Of a stretch of DNA of 64,000 nt, positions 36,860 through 46,210 are shown one piece after another; position 1 is the first letter of the stretch, and the number at the start of each line of letters is the position of its first letter. The notes under the pieces are model-generated. The model was not told the origin of the DNA. It did not search any database and saw only the letters and a program-made list of their open reading frames with translations. The position numbers and the translations under genes were made by a program. The DNA comes from Candidatus Moraniibacteriota bacterium (GTDB lineage: Bacteria; Patescibacteriota; Minisyncoccia; Moranbacterales; UBA2206): positions 12,881 through 76,880 of the forward strand of contig JBAQUL010000010.1 in the NCBI GenBank assembly GCA_049297495.1, read 5' to 3'.

Positions 36860-36901
36860 ATAATCTCTTGGTCGTCCCGCTTTGAGCGGGACTAGTCCCA
36901 C
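36860..36901 (+). repeat. Partial copy of the tRNA(CAT) 3' portion (anticodon-loop 3' side onward) with the T-arm replaced by hairpin TCCCGCTTTGAGCGGGA
   Basis: TAATCTCTTGGTCG-[TCCCGCTTTGAGCGGGA]-CTAGTCCCAC versus intact ATAATCTCTTGGTCGCTGGTTCGAATCCAGCTGGTCCCAC. Confidence 0.5.
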
Positions 36902-36969
36902 AATTCAGATCAAAAAGAAAAAAGCGGAGAGCTATGATAAGCTTTCCGCTTTGTTTTTGTGGTTACCAG

Positions 36970-37485
36970 TCATTTACTATCTTCTAACATGAGAATATAT
37001 GGAGTATCCATAAATCCAAGCATCATATATTCTCCCTCCTTACGCCAACCTCTTTCCCCTCCATATCCATAAATACTCATAACAAACGAGAACATCCAGC
37101 GCTCCACGACTTTTTCTCTAAAGATAGCACCCCAAAAATGTAGCGCCTTATCATCCCATTCGAGAGGAATAAGATGGTTATTTTCAGCGAGTGCAATTCC
37201 TATATTAGGATGCAACACGTTTCTGCCTTCAATCTCACAATCAATAATTTCTTCTATTCCTTGATGATCTTGATACTTTCCCTGAATTGTTTGTAGAAAA
37301 ACTTTTTTGCCACCCACGTACAGACTTGCCTCACGCTTTTCTACGCTAACCCATCCCTGCTGATTTTTGTTTTTTAGAAAGGACATAATCTCACCATCTG
37401 CATCCGTACATTTTGGATCAACAAACATATCAAGATTCACCCGAATTTCATTTTCACTAATTTTCTCCCAGCATTTTTCTTCCAT
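36970..37485 (-). CDS. Hypothetical protein (171 aa)
   Basis: Clean ORF with ATG; bidirectional terminator hairpin at 36912-36952. No motif recognised. Confidence 0.45.
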   Translation of the reverse strand: MEEKCWEKISENEIRVNLDMFVDPKCTDADGEIMSFLKNKNQQGWVSVEKREASLYVGGKKVFLQTIQGKYQDHQGIEEIIDCEIEGRNVLHPNIGIALAENNHLIPLEWDDKALHFWGAIFREKVVERWMFSFVMSIYGYGGERGWRKEGEYMMLGFMDTPYILMLEDSK

Positions 37486-37614
37486 TTTTTATCTCCCTTG
37501 CGATTCTATTAAGTTTTCAATGAACTTCTTCCATTCCCTGAAACCACTTCACCATTGAAATGATTTCGGAAATGGAGCCGAATTTGTATGTTAACAAATT
37601 CGGCTTTGGTGGTT

Positions 37615-38007
37615 TTAGCCGGAAAAAACTTGGATAAGCCTCAATATCAACGTGTCCATCTCAGCACAATAAGGCTTGGTAAAAAGATGGAAATCCTTTT
37701 TTGCCTTTTCTTCGACTTCTTTTTTGTCCCTAAGAAAACAATTTCGCACAATGCCCATAATTGGATGTTCGCTGCGGTTTCTTTGCTCATTAATATTTTC
37801 AAAATCTTCATACAACCCTGAATTGATTTTAAATATTCCCTCAGCACGGAGAATTTCCTTTAGTTTTTCATTGAAAAAATCAATATCTTCTTGCGAAATA
37901 GCCATAAAATATGGATACGCTTTTTCCGCTCCAAAACATGTGCAACCTCCTTCTTGTTTGCGTATTTCGGCAATAGTTCTAATGAAATCTATAATTTCTT
38001 TTTTCAT
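37615..38007 (-). CDS. Hypothetical protein (130 aa)
   Basis: The ATG at 38007 (MKKEIIDF...) is preceded by an AGGAGAGGA Shine-Dalgarno; the longer ORF-track start at 38061 lacks one. Confidence 0.45.
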   Translation of the reverse strand: MKKEIIDFIRTIAEIRKQEGGCTCFGAEKAYPYFMAISQEDIDFFNEKLKEILRAEGIFKINSGLYEDFENINEQRNRSEHPIMGIVRNCFLRDKKEVEEKAKKDFHLFTKPYCAEMDTLILRLIQVFSG

Positions 38008-38560
38008 TTTTCCTCTCCTTTTTTGATTTTCTCCGCAGTATAGCCTCTGACCAGTCCACACTATGCAAACCCAGACATTAGCTGATATTTAGTTTTCAAA
38101 CAACTGAGCTATCTAAGAGTCTAGATAAACTCTAGGAGAGACGGAAACTTTTCTGTCTCTCACTAGAATTTACGGTTCAATCTCATGTTCAGTTTGGTCA
38201 TCTCGTCTGTGGATTTCTCTTTTGCAATCAAATAGATAATATTTTTCTTTTTCTTTCTCCGCCTCTTCTTTGGAAGGAAAGTGCCAGAACTGGCTGAGAT
38301 ATTGTCTGGTTTTTTCCGACATAATTGGAACGTCTCCGACAACCATTCCATTATTCAGGATCATTTTCATAGTTTCTTGCTTAATGTTTAGTTCGTTAAG
38401 ATTTGGCTGAGCTTCTTTTTCCCCCGTTTTATCTTAACAACCTAGTATATACCAAAACCGCCCTGATGTCATATATGTCGACAAGGATATTTTTTGACTA
38501 ACTTATTGCTTTAGTATAGAATAATTATAGTTGTCTGATTTTCGGACATAATACTAAATA

Positions 38561-39337
38561 ATGCCAAATATGGACAATAAGTTATACAAAGTGCTGCTTA
38601 ATTTGGGACTTAGCGATAATGAAGCGCTGGTCTATTTGAGCGCGCTTTCTTTGGGCAAAACCACAATCCTGGCCATTTCCAAGGCCTCGGAAGTTAAAAG
38701 AACCACTGTTTATTCAGCAGTCGAATCATTGAAGCAATTGGGACTGATGAAGGTCGAGCAGATCGGCTGGAAAACCTTTTTTTCTGCGGAAAATCCGGAA
38801 AAACTGGAAAGGATAATGGATAATAAGAAAAAGGAACTTCAAGAATCGCTAGTTGATTTCAAGGCGCTCTACAGCGCTGACGGAGGGAGCAGTCTAATTA
38901 AATACTATGAAGGCGTGGAAGCGGTGAAAAATATCCATCTAGATCTGCTGGATGAGGTGAAATTCGGAGAGGATTATTGGGTGATTAGCGATTCCGCTAA
39001 ATGGATGTCGGAAGACCAAAGATTTTTTGAAAACTTCGTGGAAAAACGGGCGCAAAAAAAGCTCAATAACCGCCTTTTGCTCCAAGATTCAGAAATTGCC
39101 CGAAAATATAAACAAAACGAAGCAATATATAATTTGCAGATAAAGATTTTTCCACAAGATATGCAGCTCTCGGCTTCCATCACAATTACGCCAAATAAAA
39201 TCCTCATCCACCAAACCACCCCGCCAGTTATTGCAATGGTAATTGAAAACAAAAACATTATCCGCTTGCACAGGGAACTTTTTGAGTTTATGTGGAAAAC
39301 AATCGCGGTAGATCAAGAACTTACGCATTTGAATTAA
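38561..39337 (+). CDS. TrmB-family HTH transcriptional regulator (paralog 3 of 3)
   Basis: N-terminal winged-HTH (LGLSDNEALVYLSALSLGKTTILAISKASEVKRTTVYSAVESLKQLGLM), about 258 aa. Confidence 0.7.
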   Translation: MPNMDNKLYKVLLNLGLSDNEALVYLSALSLGKTTILAISKASEVKRTTVYSAVESLKQLGLMKVEQIGWKTFFSAENPEKLERIMDNKKKELQESLVDFKALYSADGGSSLIKYYEGVEAVKNIHLDLLDEVKFGEDYWVISDSAKWMSEDQRFFENFVEKRAQKKLNNRLLLQDSEIARKYKQNEAIYNLQIKIFPQDMQLSASITITPNKILIHQTTPPVIAMVIENKNIIRLHRELFEFMWKTIAVDQELTHLN

Positions 39338-39436
39338 AACTGTCATCTTGAGCGAAAAAATACTTATCACCGCAAAAAAAACCACTAAATTAATTAGTGG
39401 TATTTTCATATAATCCCTTAAGTGATACTGTAGTGG

Positions 39437-39700
39437 CTATGATTTATCATCACACTCTTCAGTTAGGACAATAGGCTCTTCGTCGTTATCCTCAGCCTTA
39501 TCTTCAGCTTTATCATCTAGGTCTATGGAAGCAGCAAATTCCGCACCGCCTAAAGCTAAAATACGCTCCGCCTCTTTCCTGTCTAGAGAACTGACTTTCT
39601 CCAATGGCTTTTCTGATCCACCAGGTCTTGTGCCAATTTCAGCATAATCCTTTTTCGCATTTTTACCGCTATTGATTAGTTCTGGAGTCTCGTGTCCCAT
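39437..39700 (-). CDS. Hypothetical small acidic protein (87 aa)
   Basis: ATG start; highly acidic C-terminus (DLDDKAEDKAEDNDEEPIVLTEECDDKS). Confidence 0.4.
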   Translation of the reverse strand: MGHETPELINSGKNAKKDYAEIGTRPGGSEKPLEKVSSLDRKEAERILALGGAEFAASIDLDDKAEDKAEDNDEEPIVLTEECDDKS

Positions 39701-39772
39701 AATTTTGATTTTTTATACTTATTTAGATCCTCCCTATCATAGCACACTGGCATTTTTATCAAAATAGCTACG

Positions 39773-40744
39773 CTATTTCTTCCTCCGCGAATGAAACGCC
39801 TGATGGACTTCTTTTAGTTGTTTATTAGTAACATGTGTATAAACCTGCGTTGTCGTTATCGAGGAATGTCCCAGCATCGCTTGAACGGAGCGAATATCAG
39901 CACCATTAATAAGCAAATCAGTTGCAAAAGAATGGCGCAGAGTGTGAGGGTGGACATCTTTAACGATTCCAGCTTTTACGGCATAGTATTTTACGATTCT
40001 TTGGACTGATCTTGGCGTTAACCTCAAGTTATCCCCGCCTGCAACGCTATGCGTAGCATTGCGGGCAGGCCCGGCTTTTTTGGCATTTTTGCCTTCAAAT
40101 TTCTTGAGTCCGGCAACATCTCGCACAAAAAGCGCTGGATCAACGTCTGTGCGCTTGTCCAGATATCTACCTATCGCTTGCGCGGCAGAGTCAGAAATAA
40201 AGACCACCCGCACCTTATCTCCTTTGCCTCGCACGCTCAACTCTCGCCCCCTAAGATCAATCTTTTCACGATTAATGCCAGTTAACTCTGAAACACGCAA
40301 GCCAGCCGAAAATAATAGCTCTAAGATGGCACGATCACGCAAACTCTTGAGATCTTGCCCGCTTGCCTCAGAAAGAATTCGCTCCACCTCTTCCATCTCC
40401 AAGAAACCTACCTCTCGATTTGATGACCTGCCAATTTCAATTTTTTCGGCCTGTAAGGAGTCTATATCTCTTTTAGCTAGAAATTTGAGAAAACCACGAA
40501 TTGCAATAACATAGTAACCTTGGGTGATTTTTTTAAGCTTTTGCCCAGTTGCGTCTTCATAGCGGTTAAGATAAACACGAAAATTCCTCACAACTTCAGC
40601 TGTAATTTGCTCAGGCTTGGAAATTTTTGACCATTCCAAGAAGCGCCTGAGATAGTGATCATAATTCTCAATTGTTTTTTGAGAACGACCCTTCTCAATC
40701 TCCAGATACTCCAGGAATTGGATCTCAAGTTCTTTGATTTGCAT
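39773..40744 (-). CDS. xerC: Tyrosine site-specific recombinase, XerC/XerD family
   Basis: N-terminal SAM-like core-binding domain; C-terminal catalytic region HTLRHSFATDLLINGADIRSVQAMLGHSSITTTQVYTHV with the catalytic Tyr. Confidence 0.8.
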   Translation of the reverse strand: MQIKELEIQFLEYLEIEKGRSQKTIENYDHYLRRFLEWSKISKPEQITAEVVRNFRVYLNRYEDATGQKLKKITQGYYVIAIRGFLKFLAKRDIDSLQAEKIEIGRSSNREVGFLEMEEVERILSEASGQDLKSLRDRAILELLFSAGLRVSELTGINREKIDLRGRELSVRGKGDKVRVVFISDSAAQAIGRYLDKRTDVDPALFVRDVAGLKKFEGKNAKKAGPARNATHSVAGGDNLRLTPRSVQRIVKYYAVKAGIVKDVHPHTLRHSFATDLLINGADIRSVQAMLGHSSITTTQVYTHVTNKQLKEVHQAFHSRRKK

Positions 40745-41023
40745 ATCCCTATTCTATACCAAAATCATGATTGACAAAAATCCCCAAGCAGGCTATACTG
40801 TCTAGCAGGTAAAAATTAGGGTTTTAGGACTAAGGTTTGCTCAGTTATTCCCCCGGGAAAAGGCAAAATTCTTGCTAAAACCATATGAAAGGTTAATTGT
40901 ATTAGTAAACTAATCCAAACAACTTCTCGAACTATCTTTTATAGAAAAAATTTAAAGACCCTTGTTACTAAAGTTTTTTTGGCACAAAAAAACATCGTAA
41001 CCTTCATAAAAAAGCGCCGAACG

Positions 41024-42079
41024 GTGAAACTTTTGCATATTTTCAGAAATTATTCCTCATTTGTTGTTGTCGCTTCAAGTGCGCTTTTAGTTTCCGCTAC
41101 CAACCTTGCTGCCGGACAAAACTCCAGTGGTTTTTTATTTGGCTACCTTGGTAGTAGCGACAATTACGCCAGTCCTTTGGAAAATAAGATGTTTTTGACA
41201 GCAAACAAGAAAACCTCTCTCGCTCTCGCACCCCTTCTGGAAGCAGAAGCTGTTCCCAATCCAATGTTGAAAGCCACAGAAGATCCAACTGATCCAATGC
41301 TTATGCAAGGAAATGCCCTGGTTTGCGAAAACAGCCCTGTCTTAAAGGATCCAGAGGAAGATGGTGGTGTTGTTATCTATGAAGTAAAGGAAGGTGACAC
41401 CGTGAGCTCAATTGCCGCCGCTAACAATGTCAGCACCAATACATTGCTATGGGCCAACGCCATCGATGATGTAAACTCCATTATGCCAGGAGACAAGATA
41501 TTCATCCTCCCAGTGTCTGGATTAGCCTATACAGTCAAAAATGGCGATGATATCAACAGCATTGCCAAGGAATTCAAGGCTGATAAGGATAAAATCATAG
41601 CATTTAATTCACTCCATCTTGATGGAGAATTAAAAGTCGGAGAAACAATAACGATTCCGGATGGACAAAAAGAACTTCCCAAGCCAAAACCAGCAGAAAA
41701 CCCAATTGGAATCGCTCAACGGCCATATGAAACATTCGAATCAGCTGGTAAGACTCTGAGTGGTTCTGGCGGAACCAGCCACAGATTCCCCTATGGTTAT
41801 TGCACTTGGTATGTAGCTCAGAAGAGAAACGTTCCTTGGGGTGGCAATGCTGGAACATGGCTATATCATGCCAAGTCTGCTGGATACGCAACTGGAAAAA
41901 CTCCAACTGTCGGATCAATTATGGTTTCTTCTGAGTCTTGGTGGGGACACGTTGCCCTCGTGACCAGTGTCAGTGCTGACAGTTTTACTGTTTCGGAAAT
42001 GAATTATAAAGGCTGGGCCAAAAAATCCACCCGAACGATTGCCAAGGGTAGCCGGGTAATTAAGGGCTTTATTCGCTAG
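41024..42079 (+). CDS. Secreted peptidoglycan hydrolase: two LysM domains + C-terminal CHAP domain
   Basis: LysM (YEVKEGDTVSSIAAANNVSTNTLLWANAI; YTVKNGDDINSIAKEFKADKDKIIAFNSL); CHAP (YGYCTWYVAQKR...GHVALVTSV). GTG at 41024 gives a signal peptide MKLLHIF...; the ORF-track start at 40979 is TTG. Confidence 0.7.
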   Translation: MKLLHIFRNYSSFVVVASSALLVSATNLAAGQNSSGFLFGYLGSSDNYASPLENKMFLTANKKTSLALAPLLEAEAVPNPMLKATEDPTDPMLMQGNALVCENSPVLKDPEEDGGVVIYEVKEGDTVSSIAAANNVSTNTLLWANAIDDVNSIMPGDKIFILPVSGLAYTVKNGDDINSIAKEFKADKDKIIAFNSLHLDGELKVGETITIPDGQKELPKPKPAENPIGIAQRPYETFESAGKTLSGSGGTSHRFPYGYCTWYVAQKRNVPWGGNAGTWLYHAKSAGYATGKTPTVGSIMVSSESWWGHVALVTSVSADSFTVSEMNYKGWAKKSTRTIAKGSRVIKGFIR

Positions 42080-42094
42080 CACCTACTTTGATAT

Positions 42095-42135
42095 AGACAC
42101 AAAAAACGTCCCGGATTATTTTGGGACGTTTTTTG
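42095..42135. terminator. Bidirectional terminator hairpin (AAAAACGTCCCGGATTATTTTGGGACGTTTTTT) between convergent genes
   Basis: Perfect stem ACGTCCC/GGGACGT flanked by A- and T-runs. Confidence 0.5.
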
Positions 42136-42177
42136 TTTCTACTAATTATCATAAACGAGCTCAAGCTTATATAGATT

Positions 42178-44346
42178 TCATTCTATTTTCCTAATCGGCG
42201 CCAAAGAGCTGGAAAGTTTTTTGAGACCAACCGCCTTGAAGGCCACGGTAATGATGTCGCCCTGAGAAGAGATAACTAAGCCTTCGCCGAATTTTTCATG
42301 CTTAATTCTTTCTCCGCCTTTATAGCAGACTTTCATTTCAGTGAGAGTTGTTTTTTTTCGAGCAGTTGCGTATTTTTCAACACAAGCATTTATCAGTGAA
42401 TTTTCAGCATTCTCAACCAATTCCGCCGGGATATCATCCAAAAAGCGCGAAGGAGCATTGATTTGCGTTGAGCCATAGATTGTGCGCATTTTTGTGAAAA
42501 GCAGATAAACTTTTTGTTTGGCACGCGTAATTCCCACATACATCAAGCGCCGCTCTTCTTCCATTTCCACTTCTGAAAGCATACTACGTGAATGAGGCAA
42601 GATTCCTTCTTCTAAGCCAATAATAAAAACGTACTGAAACTCAAGACCCTTAGCGCTATGGAGAGTCATCAGATGGACAGCTTCACTCGATTGATCAATA
42701 TTGTCAGTATCGGCCACTAACGCCACTTCTTCTAGGAAAAGTCGCAAACCCTCGCCTTCAGAAAATTTGTCATATTTCTTTGCAACCGTTAGCAGTTCCC
42801 GCACATTTTCAGCGCGCATTTGCCCTTCATCGGTACCATCAAGCAATTGCTGCTCATAACCACTTTTTAAAAAAACATTCTGAATAAAATCTGCAAGAGT
42901 CAAATCAGCCCTTACTTCGTGCATTTTGCTTATGAACTGACAAAATTTGACTATACTATCAAGCTTAGTCTTTATGATTTTTGAGCCATTATCCTTGGAT
43001 TGATCCGACAATATGAGTCCCGCTGCTATCAAATCAAGCGCATTAATCTTCGCGAAAGACACCCACTTCTCAACTGTTTTATTGCCAATCCCTCTCTTTG
43101 GCTCATTAATAATTCTTTCCAGGGAGATTTCATCATTAAAATTCTCAATTAAACGCAAATATGCGATAATATCTTTGATTTCTTTTCTTTGATAAAATTT
43201 CAAACCCCCAATGATTCTATAGGGAATCGAATCGCCAAGCAGCGCCTCTTCAATAATTCTTGATTGAGCATTTGTTCTATAAAGAACAACGATATTATTT
43301 AACTTTACGCCCTTATTTCGAAGGGCCACCACCTCAGAAACAATAAATTGTGCTTCATCACTCTCATCATCTGCCTCATAAGAAGCGAGCAAGTGCCCAG
43401 TCTTGTTCTCAGTCCAAATTTTTTTGTCTTTGCGGTTGATATTTTTGGAAATTACACCATAGGCCGCATCAAGAATCTGCTGAGTTGAGCGATAATTCTG
43501 TTCCAATTTTACCACTTTCGCCGCCGGATAATCTTTTTCAAAATCGAGAATGTTTTGAATATTAGCTCCGCGCCAAGAATAAATCCCTTGCCAATCGTCA
43601 CCCACGACGCAAATATTTTTATGCTTATCCGCCAGCATTTTAATCAATGTATATTGAGCATGATTCGTATCCTGATACTCATCCACCATAATATAGCGGA
43701 AAATATTTTGATATTTCTCCAACACTTCTGGATATGTGCGAAAAATCTGCACCAAAAGCATGAGGATGTCATCAAAATCCAAAGCATTATTTCGTTTAAG
43801 TCTTTCTTGATAAGCAATATAAATTTTCGACACAACATCTTCCCAATATCCACCAGTTGCTGCTTGAAACATTTTTGCGTCAATCAATTCATTCTTAGCC
43901 TTAGAGATTGCCCCTAAAACACTCTGCGGACGAAACTGGGTCGGATCAATGCCCAGTTCTTTCATCGTTTTTTTTACAAGACTCTGCTGATCTTGAGAAT
44001 CAAAAATGTTAAAATTGCTTTCAAATCCAATTTTTCCAATTTCGCAGCGGAGAAGTCTTGCACAAATTGAATGAAAAGTGCCTACTAACGGAAGATTGCC
44101 CTTAAAATTATGCTCTGTAAGCAACTGAGCAATTCGTTCCTGCATCTCTCTCGCTGCTTTATTAGTAAAGGTCACGGCCAGAATTTGCCCAGGCCTCACG
44201 CCTTTATCGCAAATCAAGTAGGCCGTGCGAAAAGTCAATGCCCGCGTTTTACCCGAACCAGCACCCGCAATGACGAGCACGGGGCCCTCGGTTGTTTCCA
44301 CTGCTTCTCTTTGCGAAATATTAAGATTTTCCAAAATATTAGTCAT
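42178..44346 (-). CDS. pcrA: ATP-dependent DNA helicase PcrA/UvrD (superfamily 1)
   Basis: LNISQREAV, Walker A AGAGSGKTRALT, helicase motifs through VGITRAK. Start chosen at MTNILENL (ATG 44346); the ORF-track extends 20 aa further. Confidence 0.85.
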   Translation of the reverse strand: MTNILENLNISQREAVETTEGPVLVIAGAGSGKTRALTFRTAYLICDKGVRPGQILAVTFTNKAAREMQERIAQLLTEHNFKGNLPLVGTFHSICARLLRCEIGKIGFESNFNIFDSQDQQSLVKKTMKELGIDPTQFRPQSVLGAISKAKNELIDAKMFQAATGGYWEDVVSKIYIAYQERLKRNNALDFDDILMLLVQIFRTYPEVLEKYQNIFRYIMVDEYQDTNHAQYTLIKMLADKHKNICVVGDDWQGIYSWRGANIQNILDFEKDYPAAKVVKLEQNYRSTQQILDAAYGVISKNINRKDKKIWTENKTGHLLASYEADDESDEAQFIVSEVVALRNKGVKLNNIVVLYRTNAQSRIIEEALLGDSIPYRIIGGLKFYQRKEIKDIIAYLRLIENFNDEISLERIINEPKRGIGNKTVEKWVSFAKINALDLIAAGLILSDQSKDNGSKIIKTKLDSIVKFCQFISKMHEVRADLTLADFIQNVFLKSGYEQQLLDGTDEGQMRAENVRELLTVAKKYDKFSEGEGLRLFLEEVALVADTDNIDQSSEAVHLMTLHSAKGLEFQYVFIIGLEEGILPHSRSMLSEVEMEEERRLMYVGITRAKQKVYLLFTKMRTIYGSTQINAPSRFLDDIPAELVENAENSLINACVEKYATARKKTTLTEMKVCYKGGERIKHEKFGEGLVISSQGDIITVAFKAVGLKKLSSSLAPIRKIE

Positions 44347-44505
44347 AAAAGTATTGTAGCATAGGAAAGAAGTTTGAGATAAGTCAAAAACCAATTCTCT
44401 TGCCAAAAAGCCGATTATAGTATATCGTTAATTTATAATAATTTATCACTAGCAAACATCAGTTGACGTGAAATATCGCAACTTCTGTTTTGCCTCAAAA
44501 GCCTT

Positions 44506-44775
44506 ATGGCCCTCACAAGAAAGCAAAAAGAGAAAATAACAAAGGAAGTCAAAAGACACGAAAAAGACACCGGATCACCAGAATATCAAGTTGCTCTTTT
44601 TACCGAGCAAATCAAGAAACTAACCGCGCATCTCAAGAAAAATGCCAAAGATTTTCATTCCCGCCGAGGACTCCTTAAGATGGTCTCGAAACGTAAACGA
44701 CTTCTTGATTACTTGAAGAAAACCAACGAAAAAAACTATAAGGCCTTAATTAAGAAATTGGAACTTAAGGGCTAA
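44506..44775 (+). CDS. rpsO: 30S ribosomal protein S15
   Basis: DTGSPEYQVALFTEQIKKLTAHLKKNAKDFHSRRGLLKMVSKRKRLLDYL matches the S15 pattern; 89 aa. Confidence 0.85.
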   Translation: MALTRKQKEKITKEVKRHEKDTGSPEYQVALFTEQIKKLTAHLKKNAKDFHSRRGLLKMVSKRKRLLDYLKKTNEKNYKALIKKLELKG

Positions 44776-44832
44776 ACATTACTAATGCAAGACATATTAA
44801 GTCTTGCATTTTAGTTTTATCCTCCATTTTTT

Positions 44833-44958
44833 GTCATCCTGAGCGAAGCCGAAGGATCTACCATGAGCTATCCTAGGCGTAGCTATAATTGCAAAGTTTA
44901 CGATAACAGTAAGTAGATCCTTCGACTTCGTCCGAGTACGGACTTCGCTCAGGATGAC
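44833..44958. repeat. 126-bp hairpin element with terminal inverted repeats GTCATCCTGAGCGAAG...GGATCTAC / GTAGATCC...CTTCGCTCAGGATGAC, followed by a T7 run (MITE-like; probably also the rpsO terminator)
   Basis: Seen directly. Arms of about 25 bp with an internal asymmetric bulge, followed by CACCTCTTTTTTT. Confidence 0.55.
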
Positions 44959-44992
44959 ACCTCTTTTTTTATTAACAAATAAACAAAAAATT

Positions 44993-45490
44993 ATGAGCAT
45001 TTACAAAGAACAGCGCATCGGTGTTTTAGTCGACATCCAAAACCTCTATTACAGTGCCAAAGTGCTTTACCAAAAAAAAGTTAACTTTGATCAGGTCTTG
45101 AAATCAGCTGTGGGCGACAGAAAGTTAATCCGCGCCATCGCCTATGGAATCAAAACGCTCGAAGGTCAAGAAGAAAAGTTTTTTGATGCTTTGGAAAAAG
45201 TTGGCTATGAGGTCAAAACCAAGGATCTACAAATCTTCCCAGGCGGAGCCAAGAAAGGGGATTGGGACGTGGGGATCGCTGTAGACGCCATCAAAATGTC
45301 CAAAACGCTCGACGCAATAGTATTGGTTTCTGGCGATGGCGATTATATCCCCCTAGTAAAATATATTCAATCAACAACAGGCTGCCGCGTTGAAGGAATG
45401 GCCTTTATGGAATCAACGAGTAATAAGCTAGTTGAGGAATTAGATAATTTCATCAATTTGAGCGAAAACAAGAAGAAATATTTAATTTAA
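44993..45490 (+). CDS. NYN-domain (LabA-like) protein
   Basis: RIGVLVDIQNLYYS, AIVLVSGDGDYIPLV match the NYN/LabA nuclease-fold pattern. ATG at 44993 preferred over the ORF-track start at 44954. Confidence 0.6.
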   Translation: MSIYKEQRIGVLVDIQNLYYSAKVLYQKKVNFDQVLKSAVGDRKLIRAIAYGIKTLEGQEEKFFDALEKVGYEVKTKDLQIFPGGAKKGDWDVGIAVDAIKMSKTLDAIVLVSGDGDYIPLVKYIQSTTGCRVEGMAFMESTSNKLVEELDNFINLSENKKKYLI

Positions 45491-45506
45491 CTATTAATAA
45501 ATTTTA

Positions 45507-45941
45507 ATGAACGAATTAAATATTTCAAATGGACAAGCGTTAGATGCAGGACCAATTATTGGAATAGTGATTTTTTCTTTGCTCATATTTTTCTTGGTTC
45601 ACTATGTTTACATGTCGGTTTGTTATTACAAGATAGCAAAAAAAACCAGCACCCCAGATGCTTGGTTCGCCTGGATTCCGATTCTCGATATGCTTTTAGC
45701 TCTTCAGATTGCCAAAAAACCGACCTGGTGGATTATTTGGTTTTTCATCCCGCTAGCAAATATCATTGCATATATTTTAGTTTGGATGGGAATCTCGAAA
45801 ACCCTAGGAAAACAAGAATGGCTTGGTGTTCTCATGATTGTCTCTCCGATTAACCTCATAATTCCCGGCTATTTAGCTTTTTCCGAAACAGCAAAACTAC
45901 CAACAATACAAACGACACAGGCACCGCCAAGAATTGTTTAA
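45507..45941 (+). CDS. Hypothetical small polytopic membrane protein
   Basis: Three hydrophobic helices; no motif recognised. Confidence 0.45.
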   Translation: MNELNISNGQALDAGPIIGIVIFSLLIFFLVHYVYMSVCYYKIAKKTSTPDAWFAWIPILDMLLALQIAKKPTWWIIWFFIPLANIIAYILVWMGISKTLGKQEWLGVLMIVSPINLIIPGYLAFSETAKLPTIQTTQAPPRIV

Positions 45942-46210
45942 AAAAATATCTTGATAACTAACATAAAAATCCCTACTGGGGATTTTTATTTTTCTTTAAA
46001 TTAGCCAAAAACTTGCTAAAACCCTCGAAATAAGCTAGACTTGAATAGTTAATAATTTATAGAAGTCCCGTTTTAAAGCGCAAATACGCCAATGCATGAG
46101 GATTTATGAATTAAGACCTACAATAATTGCGGTTCTTAATTCGTAAATCATCGTCATGCACCATACCTTATTGGTCAAACTTAGCGCCCAATTTGACTTC
46201 AAACAATAGA

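Noticed and set aside
46127-46210. Upstream extension of pnp (ORF-track start 46127, MRFLIRKSS...)
   Set aside because: The canonical PNPase N-terminus (MDQKKWSLQIGGR...) begins at the ATG at 46211; the extension has no homology and probably reflects alternative-start ORF calling.
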